Source: the human T2T-CHM13v2.0 reference genome, Homo sapiens
Strand: one strand, 5' to 3'
DNA length: 64,000 bases
Assembly: GCF_009914755.1 (NCBI RefSeq)
Contig: NC_060931.1
Under the pieces are notes generated by a model, which was not told where the DNA came from, made no database searches, and worked only from the letters and a program-made list of their open reading frames with translations. Both the position numbers and the translations under genes were made by a program. Positions 57,663-64,000 of the stretch are shown one piece after another (position 1 is the first letter of the stretch; every line of letters begins with the position of its first letter).

Positions 57663-59825
57663 TGATATGGTTTGGCTGTGGCCCCACCCAAATCTCATCT
57701 TGAATTGTAGTTCCCATAATCCCCATGTGTGTTAGGAGGGACCCAGTGGGAGGTAATTGAATCATGGGGGTGGTTACCCCCTTGCTGCTATTCTTGTGAT
57801 AGTAAGTTCTCATGAGATCTGATGCATTCTTCTGTCTCCTGCTGCCTTGTGAAGAAGGATGTGTTTGCTTCCCCTTCCACCATGATTGTAAGTTTCTTGA
57901 GACCTCCCCAGCCATGCAGAACTGTGAGTCAATTAAAACTCCTTCCTGTACAAATTACCCAGTCTCAGGTATTTCTTCATAGCAGTGTGAAAATGGACTA
58001 ATACAGTAAATTGGTACCACAGAGAGTGGGGTGCTGCCATAAATATACCTGAAAATGTGGAAACGACTTTGGAACTGGGTAACAGGGAGAGGTTGGAACA
58101 GTTTGGAGGGCTCAGAAGAAGACAGGAAAATGTGGGAAAGTTTGGAACTTCCTAGAGACCTGTTGAATGGCTTTGACCAAAATGCCAATAGTGATATGGA
58201 CAATGAAGTGCAGGCTGAGGTGGTCTTGGATGTAGATGGGGAACTTTTTGGGAACTGGAGTAAAAGTCACTCTGCTATGCAAAGAGACTTGTGGCATTTT
58301 GCCTCTGCCCTAGAAATCTGTGGGACTTTGAACTTGAGAGAGATGATTTAGGGCATCTGTTGGAAGAAATTTCTAAGTGGCAAAGCGTTCAAGAGGAAGC
58401 ACAGCATAAAAATTTGGAAAATTTGTAGCCTAATGATGCTACAGGGCATGTCTGCAGGGCATGTCAGAGACCTTCACAGCAGCCCCTCCCATCACAGGCT
58501 GAGAGGCTGAGGAGGGAAAAATGGTTTCATGGGCCGGGCCCAGAGTCCCCCTTCTCTATGTGGCCTTGGGACATGGTGCCCTGTGTCCCAGCTGTTTGAG
58601 CTCCAGCCATGGCTAAAAGGGGCCAAGGCACAGCTCTGGCCATTGCTTCAGAGGATGCAAGCCCCAGGCCTTGGCAGCTTCCATGTGGTGTTGGTCCTGG
58701 GGGTGCACAGAAGACAAGAATCAAGGTTTGGGAACCTCTGCCTAGATTTCAGAGGATATACGGAAATGCCTGGATGTTTAGGCAGAAGTTTGCTGCAGGA
58801 GTAGAGCTGTCATAGAAAACCTCTCCAGGGCAGTGCAGAAGGGAAATGTGGGGTTGGAGCCTCCATACAGAGTCCCTGCTGAGGCACTGCCTAGTGGAGC
58901 TGTGAGAAGAGGGCCACTGTCCTCCAGACCCCAGAATGGTAGATCACCTGACGGCTTGCACCATGTGCCTGGAAGAGCCACAGACACTCAGTGCCAGCCC
59001 GTGAAAGCAGCATGGAGGGGGTCTGTATCCTGCAAAGCCACAGGGGTGGTGGAGCTGCCCAAGGCCATGGGAGACCACCTCTTGAATCCATGTGGCCTGG
59101 ATGTGAGACATGGAGTCAAAGGAGATCATTTTGGAACTTTAAGGTTTAATGACTGCCCTATTGGATTTTGGACTTGTATGGGGCCTGTGGCCCCTTTGTT
59201 TTGGCCAATTCCTCCCGTTTAGAGCAGGAGTATTTACCCAATGCCTGTACTCCCATTGTATCTAGGAAGCAACTAACTTGCTTTTCATTTTCCAGGCTCA
59301 TAGGCACAAGGGACCTGCTTTGTCTCAGATAAGACTTTGGACTTGAACTTTTGGGTTAATGGTGGAATAAGACTTTGGGGGACTGTTGGAAAGGCATGAT
59401 TGGTTTTGAAATGTGAGGACATGAGATTTTGGAGGAGCCAGGGGCAGAATGATGTGGTTTGCTGTGTCCCCACCTGAATCTCATCTTGAATTATAGTTCC
59501 CATAATCCCCATGTGTGGTGGGAGGGAGCGGGTGGGAGGTAATTGAATCATGGGGACACTTACTCCCATGCTGCTATTCTCATCACAGTAAGTTCTCCTG
59601 AGAGCTGACGGTTTTATAAGGGGCTTCCCCCTTCACTCAGCTTTCATTCTTCTCTCTCCTGCTGCCTTGTGAAGAACGACATTTTTGCTTCCCTTTCTGT
59701 CACAATTATAAGTTACCTGAAGCCTCCCCTGCCCTGCAGAACTTTGAGTCAATTAAACCTCTTTCCTTTATAAATTACCCAGTCGTGAGTATGTCCTTGT
59801 AGCAGCATGAGAACGGACTAATACA
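57663..59825 (+). mobile_element. THE1 (THE1C/D-like) MaLR: LTRs 57663-58005 and 59450-59825 plus internal region
   Basis: TGAT(A/G)TGGTTT...GGACTAATACA LTRs, THE1-int text and a perfect 5-bp TSD CTGGG. Confidence 0.95.
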
Positions 59826-61019
59826 CTGGGACAGGATCTTCTGCTTGGATATTATCTCTTGCCTGAGAGAAGAGATTTTATCCTCATCTCAATCTTGGGC
59901 TTGTCTCCCTGAATCCTAATTTCCTGCCAGGGTCAACCTGTTCTTGGGATGATTGGCAGTGGTATTATAATATTCATTCCCTTTAATGGAAGCCCCTCTC
60001 CCAATTACAGCAATATAATTGACTCAAAGACCCTGAAGAGAAAAATCACAAAAAGAGTGACACCCCTAAATAGACAAACTTCTTAAGCAGATTAAGTGAG
60101 TTACCTGTTTGGCAACAGCCTTTGTTTGAGCCATGTTTTTCACTTGGGGAGTTAATCTATCTAACCAAGGTCTTGAGAGCAGGGGATTTCTCCTTTCTCA
60201 TCCATCCAGACCATGGGGCCAATGACCCTGGGAGCTTTACCTTCCCCTCAGGTGGCCCCTCCAAGTTGGTTATAAGGGAGTCAGCCAGGCCATTTGTCTT
60301 CCAGCCTAGCTTTATCTGTAATAAAGATGGTATTTGGTGCTCCATCTCTGCCTCTGCCATTTTATTTCTTGATTAGTTCAAGACCCAGGCAGAAGAGGAA
60401 ATCTACGTATTAGGCTCCCAAAAAACCCCACAAATTCTGTCAATGACTTACTCTGTAAATTGAGGCAAACTGCTTTGTACCTCTGTTTTTCTGTCTATAA
60501 ACTGAAGCCGTGGCAATAGCTATTGGATAAAGGTTTTTAAAAAGTGCTGTAAGTGATTGACTGAAAGATGTTAATTGCTGGCCCCATCCCCCTGTTAATA
60601 TCGTAATCATTGTTTGGCAACATTTTCTAAATCGTATCTGAGAGCCTGGCTGCTGTGACGCATTGATTCATTGTGGTTGGCACCATATGCTTCCATCTGC
60701 TGTGAGCAGTATAATTGTTCTCAGTCATCAGCATCGAGCACCCATGGCTAATTCATGGGGAAAAACTCCAGTGCTTTGCACCAAAGTCCAACTCGTCTGT
60801 CAGTTCACTCCTGTGGAAGGGGGCCAGGCTCTCAGCATGCCTCTCCCTCCTGTCCTGGGCATTGGTCTCAATCAGACCAGGTACTCAGCTCTAGCTTTTC
60901 ATGGTTACCAGTAAGGACAAGCCTTTCATTTCTGCAAAAAGAACTTCGCTTGACTTTTAGAATGAGATCCCTTGTTGGATCTTTGTTGCATATACATTTG
61001 ATATGCTATTTTCAATACT

Positions 61020-61265
61020 AGTTGATCTGGGTTCAAATCCTACTTCTACCCTTCAGTAGCCTGACATTGGGCCAGTAACTACACCTCACTGAGGTTGGCG
61101 TTTCTTAACCTCCCTCTGAGATGTCACTTCTTCCTCTGTAGCATGGGGCAAATATCTACCTTGCCAAGGGTATGGTGAAGATTTAACTTAATTAGCTGGG
61201 GTAAGTAAAGCATTAAGCACAGTTCCTGGCTGATAGTAAGTGCTCAATAAATGGTAGTGACTATT
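61020..61265 (+). mobile_element. MIR
   Basis: CTGGGTTCAAATCCTAC...GCACAGTTCCTGGCTGATAGTAAGTGCTCAATAAATGGTAG. Confidence 0.8.
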
Positions 61266-61989
61266 GTCACTGGAGTGCCTATTCTTTGCTCACAGAGCAT
61301 TTTGAAGACTGGTTATTATTTTAACTTTCTCCACAGGCATTTCTAGTTCTCTAGAAGCTTGCTCCTCAAATTATGGTCCTTGGAACAGCAGATGTTTATG
61401 ATCAGCAGAGAAAACGTGTTGCTAATAAAGCATCCTGCACGCTAAAGCATTCAGGTGTGTGGGACTTAGGTTCATTCTTTCCAGGGTTAGGTTAGCTGCT
61501 GATGCAGCTAATATAGGCAGTCGTCCTTGTCGTAGGAGTTTCAGGAAAGCCAGGCTTGCTGGAGAATGCCATGTTAAAAGTGTATTCCCCAAGAGTGAAT
61601 ACTCCTTAATGCAAATAAATTCAAAATAACTTAGTTTCTGGTGGAGACGAGGAAACTTAAGCGAAGAGACTAATATTTCAGTAAGTAGGATGAGTCGGCA
61701 ATTTGCTTGTTTGTGTGTGTGTGTTTATGTGTTTGGTCAGGTTCCAGATGACAATTGCTCTTCCATGTCTGAGGCACTTGGCTGGGGGACAGGAATGGCA
61801 GTATAAAAATATTCTGGGCTCTTCTTTAATGAGTTAAAGAGCAGGTAAATGATTACAATGAAGTTGGGAGTTACAGCAATGTACCTCTGGAAAGCAGTAG
61901 CCTAGGATGCATGTCACATGGGCCATCCTGACAATGAACACTATTGGAATTCTGAGCAGCGGCCATCCCTTCTGAGTGGGCCACCTCTG

Positions 61990-62355
61990 GCCTCACTGGC
62001 TTCCACCTCAGGTCTCTTTGTCTTGCTTTTCTCATTGCCTGGATGCTCTTCTACAGATATTTTCATGGCTCTCTCCCTCACCTGCTCAGGTGTCTGCTCA
62101 CCTGTGCTCTTCTCAGTCAGGCCATTCTATTTGAGATGATGACATTCCTCTTCCCCCCATTTTTCTCTGTAGCACTTACCACCAACTTCATGGTGCATAC
62201 TTTCTTATTTATTTTTGTATTGTCGATCTTCTCCAGTGGCATGTAAATTTATGAGGGTTGGGCTTTGGTTTGTTTTGTCCCATGTTCTATTTCCAGCACC
62301 TAGAATAGTTCCTGGAACATAGCAGGGGCTCAACACATATTTTTTGAATGAACAG
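61990..62355 (+). mobile_element. L2 3' end
   Basis: CCAGCACCTAGAATAGTTCCTGGAACATAGCAGGGGCTCAACACATATTTTTTGAATGAA. Confidence 0.78.
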
Positions 62356-62359
62356 TAGC

Positions 62360-62540
62360 TTTACATGCTCTCTTTCTTAGTTTTATAGAACCCTGCAAGC
62401 TGGTTATTATTTACATTTTAGAAATGAAGCAGCTAAGATGTGGAGAGGTTAAGTACCTATTAATAGTCACAGATGCTAATAAGCAGCAGAGATAGAATTT
62501 GAATCTAGCCTCTGATTTCTCCCTGAGCCCCAGCTTCATA
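62360..62540 (-). mobile_element. MIR
   Basis: ATTTTAGAAATGAAGCAGCTAAG...GAGAGGTTAAGT...GTCACA...GAATTTGAATCTAG. Confidence 0.7.
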
Positions 62541-62593
62541 TATGACTACCTGTTATATAGAATAGTAGAGACAGCATCTGAAACTTACATCCC

Positions 62594-63360
62594 TGTGGTA
62601 TCATAGAAAGATATTTGGTCTTTGTCTTTGGTTCCTGGCACAGAGCTCCTAGAACCCAGAGCTCCTGCATGATAAGGGTTACAGAACATCTTGTGTACTA
62701 ATGAGGTGACTCTTGGCAAGCCCCTGGATAGTTTCAGGATGGGGGCTGGTCACCAGAAAGACCAACCTTGATTAGAACCTTGGAACTTTTATGTATGCAT
62801 GTAACCTTTAGGGAAGTGAGAGGGGCTAGAGATTCAGTCAATCACCCATGGCCAATATTTAATCAATCATTACTACATAATTAAAATTCCATAAAATCCC
62901 CTGAACAACAGAGTTCAGAGAGCTTCTGAGTGGGTGAACGCATCCACGTGCCAGGAGAGTGATATACCCCAATTCCACAAGGGACAAAAGACACTGTTCT
63001 TAGGACCCTTTTAGACCTTGCCCTGTGTACCTGGCTGTATCTTTATAATAAATTCATAAACATAAGTAAAGTGGCTTCCTGAGTTCTGTGAACCATTCTA
63101 GCAAATTATTAAAACTAGGAGGGGGTCGTGGGAACCTCCAATTTAGTAAGTATCAGGTCAAGTACAGGTGACCTGATACTTGTGCCTGGCATATGAAGTG
63201 AGGGCAGTCTGTTGGGATTGAGCCCTTAAACTGCGGAGTCTGAAGCTAAACTCTAGGTAGTTAGCATCTGAATTGAATTGAATTATAGGACACTTCGTTG
63301 GTGTTGGAAAATTGGAGAAGTGGTGTGGGAAAAGACCATGTATTTGATGTCAGGAGGAAA
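62594..63360 (+). mobile_element. MER21-family LTR
   Basis: GGTTCCTGGCACAGAGCTCCTA, GGATGGGGGCTGGTCACCAGAAAGACCAA and TTCCTGAGTTCTGTGAACCATTCTAGCAAATT. Confidence 0.8.
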
Positions 63361-63369
63361 AACCCTCTC

Positions 63370-63670
63370 AATGCTCAAGATAAAACTGGATTCTCAGCCA
63401 CACCTCCTTTGTGTTTTCCCTGTTTCAGTAAATGCCACCTCCATCCATCCAGTTATTCAAGCTAAAAACATTAGAGCCATTCTCAATTCATCCCTTTCAT
63501 TCATCTCCTCCATCTGATCCATTAATACATCTGGTCAATCCTCCTCCCTGATTCAGTCCCCTTTCCCCCTGCACTGCCATCATCTTTATCTGCATTGTTC
63601 CAATAGTCTCCTAAGTCTATCTATCTGCCTCTGCACTTGCCCCTATAATTCATTCTCCACATCTCAGAAT
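63370..63670 (+). mobile_element. L2 fragment
   Basis: TTTCAGTAAATGCCACCTCCATCCATCCAGTT..TCAAGC; pyrimidine-rich sense L2. Confidence 0.65.
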
Positions 63671-64000
63671 AAAAATGGCAGGAAGCTGTGCACTGTGCAT
63701 GCTGGGAACATGAACAGGGCTCCTGCAGTCTTGGTGCTGCTCCTTGGATGCTCTTGGCAGCATTCTTCATGGTGTTACTTTCTCTGCAAGGACATAATCA
63801 TTCCAACTTTTAGTTTCACTGGCATCCAACTTTAGCCTGCTGAGGAAAACTCCAGAACCTCCAGCCAAATGGTTCTTTTTAGATAATCCCTGTGCCTCAT
63901 TAATTTAGGAAAGCATCTGCACAGAGCACCTTGTACCATCACAAAATGCAAAATAAATTCATATGAAATTATTATTCAAAAGTTAATTGTTTAATCTGCT

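Noticed and set aside
55478-59222. 196-aa (55478-56068) and 129-aa (58833-59222) ORFs
   Set aside because: They are decayed MaLR internal sequence, fragmented by stops and frameshifts, with no sign of domestication.

Overview
Primate (human/hominoid-type) genomic DNA, intergenic or deep intronic. I see no intact protein-coding gene, and the supplied ORFs map to decayed retroelements, Alus, simple repeats or chance. Bases 1-7477 hold a near full-length, defective HERV9/ERV9 provirus on the minus strand: two LTR12 LTRs, tRNA-Arg PBS, broken gag/pro/pol, no integrase, env TM remnant and PPT. It is inserted into a MER85 piggyBac MITE and carries a compressed pol segment from a second, HERV-I-like retrovirus. 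The rest is a dense repeat patchwork: a twin-primed (5'-inverted) L1PA, older L1M/L2/MIR, about 14 Alus, three two-LTR MaLR elements, several solo LTRs, Tigger3/MER8/MER33 DNA transposons and a retroposed U13 snoRNA copy. One solo LTR12C lacks its enhancer/promoter core and has a G-quadruplex-like tract at the junction. There are also two short local duplications that look templated. I found no credible new biological system; the best observations concern element nesting, recombination and repair scars. Repeat family names come from recalled consensus sequences, not a search, and boundaries of old repeats are approximate.
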